Positions 1 through 7,701 of a DNA stretch of 43,346 nt are shown here, in pieces (positions within the stretch are counted from its first letter, which is position 1; every line of letters begins with the position of its first letter). The stretch lies in NCBI GenBank assembly GCA_031490115.1, contig GCA_031490115.1_4355.1. One strand, 5' to 3'. The notes beneath the pieces were generated by a model. The model made no database searches and was not told the DNA's origin. It saw only the letters and a list, made by a program, of their open reading frames with translations. The position numbers and the translations under genes were made by a program. The DNA is from a phage.

Positions 1-31
1 AAAAAAAAATCCCGGCTGGGTCAGGGCCGGG
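1..31 (-). terminator. rho-independent terminator closing the leftward lysis operon
   Basis: Hairpin CCCGGC-N9-GCCGGG at 11-31; A9 at 1-9 on the plus strand gives a U run after the hairpin on the minus-strand transcript, 67 nt past the endolysin stop. Confidence 0.6.
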
Positions 32-97
32 ATAAAACTGGAGAGCAGAGGGATGGGGCAGGAGGTGATTTAAGTATCGTCGGATTAGTCTTAGGTG

Positions 98-586
98 TCA
101 ACCTTTCACCGCGCGCCCGATAGCCTCTGCCTCTTGCCACGGTTTACCGTCGAACAGCGCCAGACGACCGGCGGTACGACGACGCAGTCCAAGTATCGGT
201 TTGCCGTTCTGGTTGATGAACAGCGCCAGCTTAGCCCGCAGAGTCGTGACGTCACCAGAACGCAGTGCCTTACCTGTGCCAGTAGTAGCCGCAATCACAC
301 CGGCACCCGCGTTATACACCAGGTCGCACACTGCGTCGAACTGTGCCTGTGTCAATGAATGGTGTGCTGCTGCGTCAACCGCAGCTACGGCCTTAGCCAT
401 ATCACGATTCAGTAACAGGAGTCCTTGTCCCGGGGTGATGGTCTGCCCCGCCTTAACATGCGGGCCATAGCTTCCATACCCAATAGTCAGGTACTTCTCA
501 TTCGGTGTAGCGCGATACGCGGTTCCGCGGAATCCCTCGAACGCGGCAGTGAATTTGATGCCATTATCTGAAATATTTCGAGACAC
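98..586 (-). CDS. endolysin (phage lysozyme, P22 gp19 / T4-lysozyme-like fold)
   Basis: Translation has the lysozyme N-terminal motif EGFRGTAY...TIGYG and the C-terminal ...LGLRRRTAGRLALF typical of P22-type lysozymes. Probable GTG start at 584-586 behind GGAGGA; the longest ORF extends to 637. Confidence 0.8.
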   Translation of the reverse strand: MSRNISDNGIKFTAAFEGFRGTAYRATPNEKYLTIGYGSYGPHVKAGQTITPGQGLLLLNRDMAKAVAAVDAAAHHSLTQAQFDAVCDLVYNAGAGVIAATTGTGKALRSGDVTTLRAKLALFINQNGKPILGLRRRTAGRLALFDGKPWQEAEAIGRAVKG

Positions 587-836
587 GCTTATGTCCTCCG
601 TACGACAGCCACGCCTGACGAATCTGACGCAGCGCAACTAATGTGATTAATGTCTCAGGCAGCGTCGATGACATGCTGCCCTGTAACAGGTGGATACATC
701 CGGCGGCGCAGACAATAGCAGTCAGAATATAAAGCACACGCCCGAACAGGCCATCATCTACGCTGGGGTGGTATACGTTAAACAGCGATGTGCTCCCGAT
801 TGCGAGCATACCACCAAACCAGAATAACTCATTCAT
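564..836 (-). CDS. small two-TM membrane protein (second holin or antiholin candidate)
   Basis: ATG at 834-836 overlaps the stop of the upstream holin; two hydrophobic helices; sits between holin and endolysin. Confidence 0.45.
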   Translation of the reverse strand: MNELFWFGGMLAIGSTSLFNVYHPSVDDGLFGRVLYILTAIVCAAGCIHLLQGSMSSTLPETLITLVALRQIRQAWLSYGGHKRVSKYFR

Positions 837-1137
837 TACCACCTCCGCGACGTGCGATGTATTCTCCGGCGACAATGCCAGAGAGACGGGAATAAATTGG
901 CATCCAGAGAATAGCAATGATGAATCCAAGGCCCGCTATTTCGCGTTCACCTGCGATACCGAACCATTGAGCGGCGAGAGGCGCACCGAATACGGCGCAC
1001 GCAAAGCCAGTGGCGAAAAAACAGAGAGCATCGACAGGGCCGGTAATAGCGGCTTTGTGTTGCCGTAAGCATATTACCCCACCAGCTAATGCGGCAGCGA
1101 GAAGCCACCCCGTCACAGTTTCAGTAAATTTATCCAA
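829..1137 (-). CDS. holin-like membrane protein
   Basis: 102 aa with three predicted hydrophobic segments and a charged C-terminus, immediately upstream of the endolysin. Confidence 0.55.
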   Translation of the reverse strand: MDKFTETVTGWLLAAALAGGVICLRQHKAAITGPVDALCFFATGFACAVFGAPLAAQWFGIAGEREIAGLGFIIAILWMPIYSRLSGIVAGEYIARRGGGNE

Positions 1138-1212
1138 GATGAATCCTCTAGGTGCGTATTAAGTATGCAGTAACTGGAGGATAGCACGGTTAGGGATTAT
1201 CTTAATAACGGT

Positions 1213-1506
1213 TTATTTATGACGCCAGATGTATTGTCGTCTCTGCGGTTTAGTCGGAATATCATCGTATCCGAGCGATTTCCAGTAATTAAATAACCGA
1301 TTAGCGATTGCCGCGCGTTCCTGTGTTTTAAACTCTCCTAGATTCACGGCCTTTCCGTTCTGGAATCCACAGGCGCGGATAGCTTTACGCCGTTCTTGTA
1401 TCTCTGGGTACAGCACGTTACGGCGACGCTTGTGTATACGTGTCTTCGCTCTCGGTGACAGTGGCGCAAGGCCGCTTCGTTTCAGGATGTCAGTTGCAAG
1501 AGACAT
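1213..1506 (-). CDS. hypothetical basic protein
   Basis: ORF with GGAGG upstream of the ATG at 1504-1506; lysine/arginine rich; no recognisable domain. Confidence 0.45.
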   Translation of the reverse strand: MSLATDILKRSGLAPLSPRAKTRIHKRRRNVLYPEIQERRKAIRACGFQNGKAVNLGEFKTQERAAIANRLFNYWKSLGYDDIPTKPQRRQYIWRHK

Positions 1507-1694
1507 CACTCCACCCCCTCCACATGTGTAACTGACCCACAGTTCGCGCACTCAACGTAATCAGGAAACTGGTCCTTGTATTTCTGTAACTCGGCTTCAA
1601 GTTTCGCGTAATCTTCGTAAAGCACTAACACGCCCTCAACATCAGGAGTAAACCCGAATATCTGGTCGTAGGTATATCTCTGCACCATAATCAC
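1506..1694 (-). CDS. hypothetical small protein with C-terminal CxxC
   Basis: 62-aa ORF packed head to tail with its neighbours. Confidence 0.4.
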   Translation of the reverse strand: MIMVQRYTYDQIFGFTPDVEGVLVLYEDYAKLEAELQKYKDQFPDYVECANCGSVTHVEGVE

Positions 1695-1894
1695 TTCTCC
1701 TGTTTACCAAGTCGCTTAGGTGAGCAGATAGCGCGTACCTCTGAATCGTTGGGCTTGTCACCCTGAAACAGAAAGTGCGCGTTCTCTGCGGCGCGTGCCG
1801 CTGACTGGCACGCCTCCATTGAGTAAAACGTTTCTGACGCCGCTAGTTGCATCTGGCCCGCCGACAATACCCAGATAAATAAGATGCTGGTCAT
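1691..1894 (-). CDS. hypothetical small protein with N-terminal signal-like hydrophobic segment
   Basis: 67 aa; hydrophobic N-terminus MTSILFIWVLSAGQMQLAAS; 4-nt overlap with the upstream gene. Confidence 0.4.
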   Translation of the reverse strand: MTSILFIWVLSAGQMQLAASETFYSMEACQSAARAAENAHFLFQGDKPNDSEVRAICSPKRLGKQEK

Positions 1895-2334
1895 TCGGTT
1901 ATAGCTCCACCACAGTTATCACAGACTACAGTGTTGCCGTAGTAAGTTCCGCAGTGAGCCGGAATGCACGAGCATACAGGTAGTTGAGCGTCTTCCTTTC
2001 GGCAACCGGATTGTTCTGGCGCATCCTTACATCCGAGTTCCTCAAGTGCTTTGCTAAGGTATTGGCGGCGCAGGGTGTCAGTCATTGCACTATTTGCCCG
2101 CCGGATGTACCCAATCGCGCCTTTAGGGTCCAGGTCAACGATTGAACGAAGACACATAACCTCGTTTTCAGCGCAATCCAGCGCACAGGTTAGTTCCTTA
2201 ATCTGCGCCGACGCGTTACGTAACTGATTCTTTAGTGACTGCACTTCATGCACCAGGTCTTCGCACTGGTTGCTGTTTACCTGCTGCCGTAGTCGGTCAA
2301 TCAGGTACTCGAATACTTCGTTTTTGTTACTCAT
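1891..2334 (-). CDS. hypothetical protein, N-terminal coiled coil and C-terminal Cys-rich (zinc-finger-like) tail
   Basis: 147 aa, first gene behind the promoter at 2365-2393; C-terminus CSCIPAHCG...CDNCGG. Confidence 0.45.
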   Translation of the reverse strand: MSNKNEVFEYLIDRLRQQVNSNQCEDLVHEVQSLKNQLRNASAQIKELTCALDCAENEVMCLRSIVDLDPKGAIGYIRRANSAMTDTLRRQYLSKALEELGCKDAPEQSGCRKEDAQLPVCSCIPAHCGTYYGNTVVCDNCGGAITE

Positions 2335-2364
2335 CTTCTGTCTCTCCTCTCGTCTGTGTAAATG

Positions 2365-2393
2365 AATAGTAGCCTATTCTATCTTAGTGTGCA
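2365..2393 (-). promoter_or_regulatory. sigma70-like promoter (TTGCAC-N17-TACTAT), leftward
   Basis: Minus-strand reading: -35 TTGCAC (2388-2393), 17-nt spacer, -10 TACTAT (2365-2370); same architecture as promoters at 3501, 26218 and 35065. Confidence 0.6.
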
Positions 2394-2551
2394 AGTAAAT
2401 TTTATTGGTGTTTGTATTGTTGCATCTCCTGCAATAGTCGCTTGGATTGTTGCGTTTGGTGAAAGTGTCGCCTTTTGACGACACTAAGTTAAAGTTGTAC
2501 GCTGCTGTGTAGCAGCGTAAGTCACTCAGTAAAATCCCAAACTATTGAACA

Positions 2552-2737
2552 TCACACCTCCGGCGGCTCAGGTAACGGCATCCAGTGCGTTATATCACCG
2601 TGATATAAACTCTTTGCGGGCCCCCAGTAGCCATCTGAATTAACACGCATAACCTCACAGCCAACAAAACAATCAGTTACAAGAACGTATTCATAAGGCT
2701 CCGGCATCCGCCCACTACACTTAATCCACTTGCTCAT
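2552..2737 (-). CDS. DUF551-like phage protein
   Basis: 61 aa ending ...ITHWMPLPEPPEV, the C-terminal signature I associate with DUF551 prophage proteins. Confidence 0.5.
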   Translation of the reverse strand: MSKWIKCSGRMPEPYEYVLVTDCFVGCEVMRVNSDGYWGPAKSLYHGDITHWMPLPEPPEV

Positions 2738-2895
2738 AAATCGCCTCTCTTCTCAAATGCGCCAGCCATTACATTCGCACCAGCTTTCCACGCCCGCCAC
2801 GCGAGACGCGTCTTAACGTTCAGGTACTCTTTCTTCGAACCCTTATTAACCGGCAGACCCTCGACGATGGCCCACCGTTCGAATGCTTCTCTCAT
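2734..2895 (-). CDS. hypothetical small protein
   Basis: 53-aa ORF (MREAFERWAIVEG...) not in the six-frame list; ATGA start/stop overlaps with both neighbours. Confidence 0.35.
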   Translation of the reverse strand: MREAFERWAIVEGLPVNKGSKKEYLNVKTRLAWRAWKAGANVMAGAFEKRGDL

Positions 2896-3047
2896 ACCAG
2901 AACCTCGCATTCATCCCGATACACGAACAATAATGACCCTTTGTACTCAACCATAAAACCATAATGGTTGCTGCTGAACGCCAGAAAAACATCACCTACC
3001 GAGATACCGAAATCTATAAGCCTGCGGTCAGTTATTCGAATTTTCAT
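2892..3047 (-). CDS. hypothetical small protein, paralog of the next gene
   Basis: 51-aa ORF MKIRITDRRLIDFGISVGDVF... shares the KIxITD...G(I/V)xVGDVF pattern with the 3047-3283 product. Confidence 0.4.
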   Translation of the reverse strand: MKIRITDRRLIDFGISVGDVFLAFSSNHYGFMVEYKGSLLFVYRDECEVLV

Positions 3048-3283
3048 TAACGGCAACCTCCCTCAGAGTCGTCGGCACGAGCATCATGATTAGATGCCGT
3101 TGTGTATACCTTCGCTTCTGCCTTAGTTACCGGGATTGTGTATCTTCCTGTCTTAATCCACCAGCCATCCTCACAGGAATCCAGTACATTGAAAACATCA
3201 CCCACATTTACGCCTATTTTCTCGAGAGTATCACCATCTTCTTCGTAGATAACGGTGTTATCTGTAATTATGATTTGCATCAC
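3047..3283 (-). CDS. hypothetical small protein
   Basis: 78-aa ORF MQIIITDNTVIYEEDGDTLEKIGVNVGDVF... Confidence 0.45.
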   Translation of the reverse strand: MMQIIITDNTVIYEEDGDTLEKIGVNVGDVFNVLDSCEDGWWIKTGRYTIPVTKAEAKVYTTASNHDARADDSEGGCR

Positions 3284-3474
3284 TTCACCCCTTTGAATTT
3301 AAAATTGTTGCCGATGAGTGTTAAATTATCTCTGAAAGCGTAACCATGTTTCTTTCGTACAAGACCCCATACGTCTACAGCGGTACTATATTCATCCTCA
3401 TTCTGGGTAACTATTACGTACTGTCCGCCGCGTTTTGTTTTAACCAACTGACCCTTCTTAAACATAACCCTCAC
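3280..3474 (-). CDS. hypothetical small protein
   Basis: 64-aa ORF, first gene after the promoter at 3501-3529. Confidence 0.45.
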   Translation of the reverse strand: MRVMFKKGQLVKTKRGGQYVIVTQNEDEYSTAVDVWGLVRKKHGYAFRDNLTLIGNNFKFKGVK

Positions 3475-3500
3475 TCCTTATGTCTCGTTTCGATAAGTGA

Positions 3501-3529
3501 ATAGTATCCTATTATGTTGGGGTGTGCAA
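3501..3529 (-). promoter_or_regulatory. sigma70-like promoter (TTGCAC-N17-TACTAT), leftward
   Basis: -35 is the reverse complement of 3524-3529, -10 the reverse complement of 3501-3506, 17-nt spacer. Confidence 0.6.
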
Positions 3530-3588
3530 GATAATAGTTACGTTGCCGTTGTGATTCTTTCGTTTCTTAAAAGAGTACGCAACGCAGC

Positions 3589-3608
3589 GGGTGGGCTTTA
3601 GCCCACCC
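3589..3608 (-). promoter_or_regulatory. strong GC hairpin in the leader of the left operon
   Basis: GGGTGGGC-ttta-GCCCACCC, nested inside a longer AGAGTAC...GTACTCT dyad; about 200 nt downstream (leftward) of the copy-A promoter. Confidence 0.45.
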
Positions 3609-3691
3609 CAGCGGAGTGAAGTACTCTCTACCTTGCTTACGGCAACTATAGAAACTTTTAATTATCAGTGACTTGGATATTTAGGCGGGAT

Positions 3692-3838
3692 TAACAATAG
3701 ACTTTGACCCTTCCGAAAGCGTCAGCGGAACTACACTCAAGTGCCTAATGGCACGCGTTGCGTTCCCTGCCGCTCCGCGGTCGCTTGCGATATCTCACAA
3801 GCTCAGTGAAGCTTAGCATATTTTCAAGTAAAAGTCAA
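3692..3838 (-). repeat. copy A of a duplicated promoter-plus-leader element
   Basis: About 80 percent identical to 34856-34998. Minus-strand -35 TTGACT (3833-3838), 17-nt spacer, TGn-TAAGCT -10 (3810-3815), then a conserved leader with hairpin GTGCC-taat-GGCAC (3741-3754). Confidence 0.6.
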
Positions 3839-3885
3839 TACCAGTAGCATCTTTTGTATTTTAGTAACTTTGCGTGGTGTTTTGG

Positions 3886-3914
3886 TTGCTTTTACAAAGT
3901 TACCGCCTTATACT
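3886..3914 (+). promoter_or_regulatory. candidate sigma70-like early promoter, rightward
   Basis: TTGCTT-N17-TATACT, 30 nt upstream of the first plus-strand gene. Confidence 0.4.
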
Positions 3915-3943
3915 TCGATACATATTACACAGGAGAGCGCGAG

Positions 3944-4114
3944 ATGACTATCAATGAAGTTGCAGAATTAATCGGCGTCACCCGCCAGACGATCAATAAC
4001 TGGATTAAGAGTGGAAAGTTTCCTGATTGCAGCGTTAAAGTAATGGGGCGCCGTTTACCAGGAACATTTGACCGTAATAAAGTTGAAGCATGGATTAAGG
4101 AGAACGTGAAATGA
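3944..4114 (+). CDS. HTH DNA-binding protein (AlpA/Xis-like)
   Basis: MTINEVAELIGVTRQTINNWIKSGKFP... matches the AlpA/excisionase-type HTH pattern; AGGAGAG 8 nt upstream. Confidence 0.6.
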   Translation: MTINEVAELIGVTRQTINNWIKSGKFPDCSVKVMGRRLPGTFDRNKVEAWIKENVK

Positions 4115-4342
4115 TTGGGCGTATGGGTTGTTACTTTGAAAACGGTAAAGTTAAATACGAACGGTAAAGTTAAATACGGGTTTAAGTTTGCGTCGGAAAT
4201 TACTGACAGCGGATTCTATGCGGAAATATGTAAGCCTAATAATTTGTCGGAACCTACGCGCATTATTAAGATGTCAGCAGACGTGTTAAGTAAATGCCGC
4301 TTCTATGATTCCGAGCACGCGTGGTTTTCTGGTTGTAAATAA
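4115..4342 (+). CDS. hypothetical protein (uncertain start)
   Basis: Six-frame ORF with a TTG start; the tandem repeat at 4141-4179 lies in its 5' end. Confidence 0.3.
   Translation: MGVWVVTLKTVKLNTNGKVKYGFKFASEITDSGFYAEICKPNNLSEPTRIIKMSADVLSKCRFYDSEHAWFSGCK
4141..4179. repeat. tandem direct repeat, two copies of AACGGTAAAGTTAAATACG
   Basis: 19-nt unit at 4141-4159, one base, then the unit again from 4161. Confidence 0.7.
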
Positions 4343-4410
4343 AAGAAACCCCAACGCCAGAACGTCGGGGCTAAAGTACAAATCATCAAAGTAAGCATAA
4401 GGATTATACA

Positions 4411-4539
4411 ATGACAAAGTTAATAGTTCCACAGCTACGCCGCCAGAAACACGGCGCTGACTTCTTCGCACCGGTAAAGATGAACCGCGCAATGCGCCGT
4501 ATGCAGGAAGCCTTAGAACGTGCGGAGAAAAAGAAATGA
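4411..4539 (+). CDS. hypothetical small basic protein
   Basis: 42-aa ORF behind AAGGA; its TGA overlaps the ATG of the primase-helicase gene. Confidence 0.4.
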   Translation: MTKLIVPQLRRQKHGADFFAPVKMNRAMRRMQEALERAEKKK

Positions 4540-6788
4540 ATATTGTTTTTGCAACGCTGCGTAACACATTCGATAAAAACCCTGTAGCGCGTGAAATGCC
4601 GCTGGAGCAGTTCGTAGAGTATGTCTGCGATACATCGAAGCGTTTATCCGTGGACCCGTCATGGACTAAGGAAGAGTACGACGCGGCCAAGATTAAACAG
4701 AAAGCTATTGCGCCTGTTGGCGGTCGCCGTAAGAACGCTATTCTGGAAGACAGTGTGGTTAAGTTCGATTTTGACCATCTCAACCGTACTCAGTACCGCG
4801 ACCTTACCCGCAAATTCAAGAACGCACCGTTCTTCAATATTCTGCATACAACGGCATCGCATCAGCATGTGTGTAAAAACGGTGATTACGCCTTCCGCGT
4901 TCTCGTACCGGCTCGCACGCCGTTTAACTCTAACGACGCGTGGATGGTCCAACGGGCTATTTGTGCAGAGTTAGAAATAGATGAAGCCTTGCGTGACCAC
5001 TGCACGGAAGACGGCAACCGCCTTATCTATCTGCCACATAGAGAGTCAAAGATAACGGTTACAGAAGGGCGTGTTATCCGTGCCGAGCGGTACATCAAGA
5101 AAGCCGAAGAGATGGGGTTGAGTAAACGTGAAGTTAAGACACTTGCCGCCGATGAGTATGGGCTTAATGCTGATATAGCGCATTTCTGCGAAGCCGAGCT
5201 TGGCCTTGACGCTTTATCTTCCGGGCGCGGGTACGAAGTCCCATGCCCTAACGAACATCTGCATACAGGCAAAGGCTCCACAAGCATCATGCTTGATGGT
5301 AAAGAAGTGCGCTTTGTGTGCCGGCATACAAACAACGGCGCTTGCACCGAGCTTAACCGCCGACAGCATTTGGCCCTGCGTATGTGCGGCCTGCCAGACG
5401 AGCTTAACGTAGACAAGCAACCTATCAGTATTAACAGCATTCGTGCGGCTCTGCCTGATTTACCGGATGAAGAGATTGAAGAACTGCACCGCACAGAGAA
5501 CGAGGAGCCTGTAACTTGCACGCTGGAAGACCTTGAAGAAGAGGACGAGTTACCAGAACCGGTAAAGGCTGATTTCATCGTAGAAGGGTACATGCCGTCA
5601 GATTGTATCTGGGATATTGTCGGGGAATCCGGCACGTACAAATCATTCTATACGCTGGGGATGATGTACCTTAGCGCCGCCGGATACCGGTTTGCGGGGG
5701 CTGACACCCAACGTTGCCACCATTTCTATATTGACGGCGAGGGTGGTGCAGCTACACGAACACGTATTGATGCACTCGCGGCTAAATATGGCGAGGAAGG
5801 TAAAGATTATGTACATGTCATCGATATGGGCGAAATACTCGCTACGCATGGTGATAAAAAAATTCCAGCTCTAATCCGCAGGATGCGCGAAACCGCAGGG
5901 GATGAACCTATTGGCATGGTTGCCTTCGACACCCTTAACCAGACGCTGGCCCTGACGATTGATAAGTTCGACGAGAACAGTTCATCAACGGCAATCGGTA
6001 TGGGTAAAGTTATCGCCATCCTGAAAGAAGTGCGCGATGCAACTAAAGCCGCTGTCGGTGTCGTTCACCATACTCCGAAGGGCGGAAAGAAAGCCCGCGG
6101 CAGTGGAGCATTGTATGCGGGTGTCGACGTGGAACTGACAATCGAACGCGCTACCGACCGTCAGATAAACGTATACCACTCTAAATTTAAGCACGGTCCG
6201 CAACAGAAGACGGTTGGCATGGTACTGGAGTCTGTACAGTTCCGTGAAGCACCGCCGCCGAAAGAGTACCGCGCGGTTGAGTTCCTCGGTAGCACAGAGG
6301 AATACGGCACAATAGTAAACCTCGACCTGCCTGAGCCGCACAAGGCGCTTGTATTGATGCCGTGGGGCTTCGAGCCATTCAAGACCGACGAGGAGAAAGA
6401 GAGGGAAGAAGGGTTAACTAACGAAGGTAAACAAAATGTACGTAAAACCATAGAGAACGCCGTCAACAGTTCCGAGGCCACGATACTCGCGGCGTTTGAA
6501 CTGGCGGAGGGGACCTACAACGGCAACGAGGGCATCACGGTATCCGCAGCGAATAAGCTCGCGCAGTCTGGCCCCAACGCAAAGGCGTTTAACTCCAAAG
6601 AAGCCATAGAACGCGGGAAGATTAAGAAAATGGTTGAGGCTGGGTATCTTGTTCCGGGTACTGACGAAAACAATCAGATAATCCCAGGCCGTTACAGACT
6701 GAACACCATGATAACAGATAACAAGATTCCGAAGACAATATACGAACCGAATGAAATGCTGACAGTGACCGAGGAGGATTTGGAATGA
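4536..6788 (+). CDS. putative primase-helicase (RecA-like/AAA_25 ATPase domain)
   Basis: 750 aa; Walker A GESGTYKS, DnaB/RepA-like motifs (FDTLNQ, VGVVHHTPKGG), Cys/His cluster CPNEHLH...C...C upstream. Confidence 0.65.
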   Translation: MNIVFATLRNTFDKNPVAREMPLEQFVEYVCDTSKRLSVDPSWTKEEYDAAKIKQKAIAPVGGRRKNAILEDSVVKFDFDHLNRTQYRDLTRKFKNAPFFNILHTTASHQHVCKNGDYAFRVLVPARTPFNSNDAWMVQRAICAELEIDEALRDHCTEDGNRLIYLPHRESKITVTEGRVIRAERYIKKAEEMGLSKREVKTLAADEYGLNADIAHFCEAELGLDALSSGRGYEVPCPNEHLHTGKGSTSIMLDGKEVRFVCRHTNNGACTELNRRQHLALRMCGLPDELNVDKQPISINSIRAALPDLPDEEIEELHRTENEEPVTCTLEDLEEEDELPEPVKADFIVEGYMPSDCIWDIVGESGTYKSFYTLGMMYLSAAGYRFAGADTQRCHHFYIDGEGGAATRTRIDALAAKYGEEGKDYVHVIDMGEILATHGDKKIPALIRRMRETAGDEPIGMVAFDTLNQTLALTIDKFDENSSSTAIGMGKVIAILKEVRDATKAAVGVVHHTPKGGKKARGSGALYAGVDVELTIERATDRQINVYHSKFKHGPQQKTVGMVLESVQFREAPPPKEYRAVEFLGSTEEYGTIVNLDLPEPHKALVLMPWGFEPFKTDEEKEREEGLTNEGKQNVRKTIENAVNSSEATILAAFELAEGTYNGNEGITVSAANKLAQSGPNAKAFNSKEAIERGKIKKMVEAGYLVPGTDENNQIIPGRYRLNTMITDNKIPKTIYEPNEMLTVTEEDLE

Positions 6789-7099
6789 ATATTTACGATT
6801 TTATAGATAACCCGTTTAAAGCAGTGAAGGCAGGATACCGCCCGTCATACCTGACATGTGTTTCCGCTGTAAGCAACAACTGGTGGACTTTTTGTGTGTA
6901 TGCAGCGGGGATTTTTGCGGAGTTTAAAGACATTTTAGACATGACGCTGGCAGAGATTATAAAGTGCCTTTTCAAATTAATTATATCGATAACTATTGTT
7001 ATAAGTTTTCCTGTAAGTGCGTGGTTTCTCGCCTGGATTCAGTACCTGAACGTGCAACACACTATTAAGAATTTGGAAGAACTCGATAAGTTGCTATAA
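6785..7099 (+). CDS. hypothetical membrane protein (AT-rich gene)
   Basis: 104 aa, two hydrophobic helices, coupled to the upstream gene through GAGGAGGATTTGGAATGA; visibly lower GC than its neighbours. Confidence 0.5.
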   Translation: MNIYDFIDNPFKAVKAGYRPSYLTCVSAVSNNWWTFCVYAAGIFAEFKDILDMTLAEIIKCLFKLIISITIVISFPVSAWFLAWIQYLNVQHTIKNLEELDKLL

Positions 7100-7102
7100 A
7101 AA

Positions 7103-7125
7103 GAAAGGGGCTTTAAGCCCCTTCA
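7103..7125. terminator. bidirectional hairpin terminator between convergent genes
   Basis: AAGGGGCTT-t-AAGCCCCTT, a perfect 9-bp stem, between the 6785-7099 gene and the convergent XRE gene. Confidence 0.6.
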
Positions 7126-7328
7126 CCTAACGCCAGCCACTTGGCGTCTACTTCCAGAACTTCCGCCAGTTTGAACAGCGTTGCCGGGCGGACGTCCTGA
7201 GTTACTCCAAGTGCCAGTTGGTTAATCGCGCCCTGGGAAACGCCGGTCAGGGCCGCCAAACGGCGCTGGGAGATGCCGAGTTCTTTACGGCGTTGTTCTA
7301 CACGGATACCTAGTTCAGATGGTTGCAT
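7113..7328 (-). CDS. XRE-family HTH transcriptional regulator (Cro/CI-like)
   Basis: 71 aa, RRKELGISQRRLAALTGVSQGAINQLALG is a classic XRE HTH; AAGGAG 8 nt upstream. Confidence 0.8.
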   Translation of the reverse strand: MQPSELGIRVEQRRKELGISQRRLAALTGVSQGAINQLALGVTQDVRPATLFKLAEVLEVDAKWLALGEGA

Positions 7329-7359
7329 GTCAGTTACTCCTTAGTCAGTTGATATGTGA

Positions 7360-7388
7360 ATAGTACCATATTAATTATTTTAGAAAAG
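7360..7388 (-). promoter_or_regulatory. candidate promoter of the XRE regulator gene
   Basis: -10 TACTAT (reverse complement of 7360-7365) with a poor -35; contains the GAATAG/TATT dyad. Confidence 0.4.
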
Positions 7389-7392
7389 CCCA

Positions 7393-7421
7393 TTGACATG
7401 TGAATAGTTCGCTATTATAGT
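7393..7421 (+). promoter_or_regulatory. sigma70-like promoter (TTGACA-N17-TATAGT), rightward
   Basis: TTGACA 7393-7398, 17-nt spacer holding the GAATAG-N4-CTATT dyad, TATAGT 7416-7421. Confidence 0.65.
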
Positions 7422-7449
7422 TAGCCCATACCAAACGAGAGGGGCAGAT

Positions 7450-7677
7450 ATGAACACAATCACTGGGGCCATAGCTAAAGGTTTTCGAGCAATTTTCGGC
7501 GCTCCGCAAGAAGTGTGCACAAAACATAAATTTGTACTTTCTTGCGTAGTAGGGGATGAGTTTGATGGGTTCGATAAACTTGTTGTCTGTGACCATTGCG
7601 GGCAAGAAGCTATTCAACACTCAAACGGTAAATTTGAACTAATAGACGATAGCCTTACAGAAGGCGACGGTGAGTAA
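7450..7677 (+). CDS. hypothetical small Cys-containing protein (zinc-ribbon-like)
   Basis: 75 aa with C...C...CDHC. Confidence 0.45.
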   Translation: MNTITGAIAKGFRAIFGAPQEVCTKHKFVLSCVVGDEFDGFDKLVVCDHCGQEAIQHSNGKFELIDDSLTEGDGE

Positions 7678-7701
7678 CTTACACAAACAGGAGAGAAACA
7701 A

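Noticed and set aside
1-9. The A9 run at the window start as a poly(A) tail or sequencing artefact
   Set aside because: It sits directly next to a GC hairpin and reads as the U tract of a minus-strand intrinsic terminator.
3741-3754. The duplicated element as a tRNA or protein-coding gene
   Set aside because: No ORF with start and SD is conserved between the copies and there are no tRNA features; the conserved promoter and compensatory hairpin favour a regulatory or RNA element.
4286-4783. 165-aa minus-strand ORF bridging 4115-4342 and the start of the primase-helicase gene
   Set aside because: It runs against plus-strand genes that have coupling and SD signals; no promoter of its own.
5027-5641. 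204-aa minus-strand Ser-rich ORF inside the primase-helicase gene
   Set aside because: Antisense to a gene with clear ATPase motifs; low-complexity serine-rich product.
6793-6975. 60-aa minus-strand ORF overlapping the 6785-7099 membrane-protein gene
   Set aside because: The plus-strand ORF is translationally coupled to the upstream gene with a strong SD; the minus-strand alternative has no such signal.
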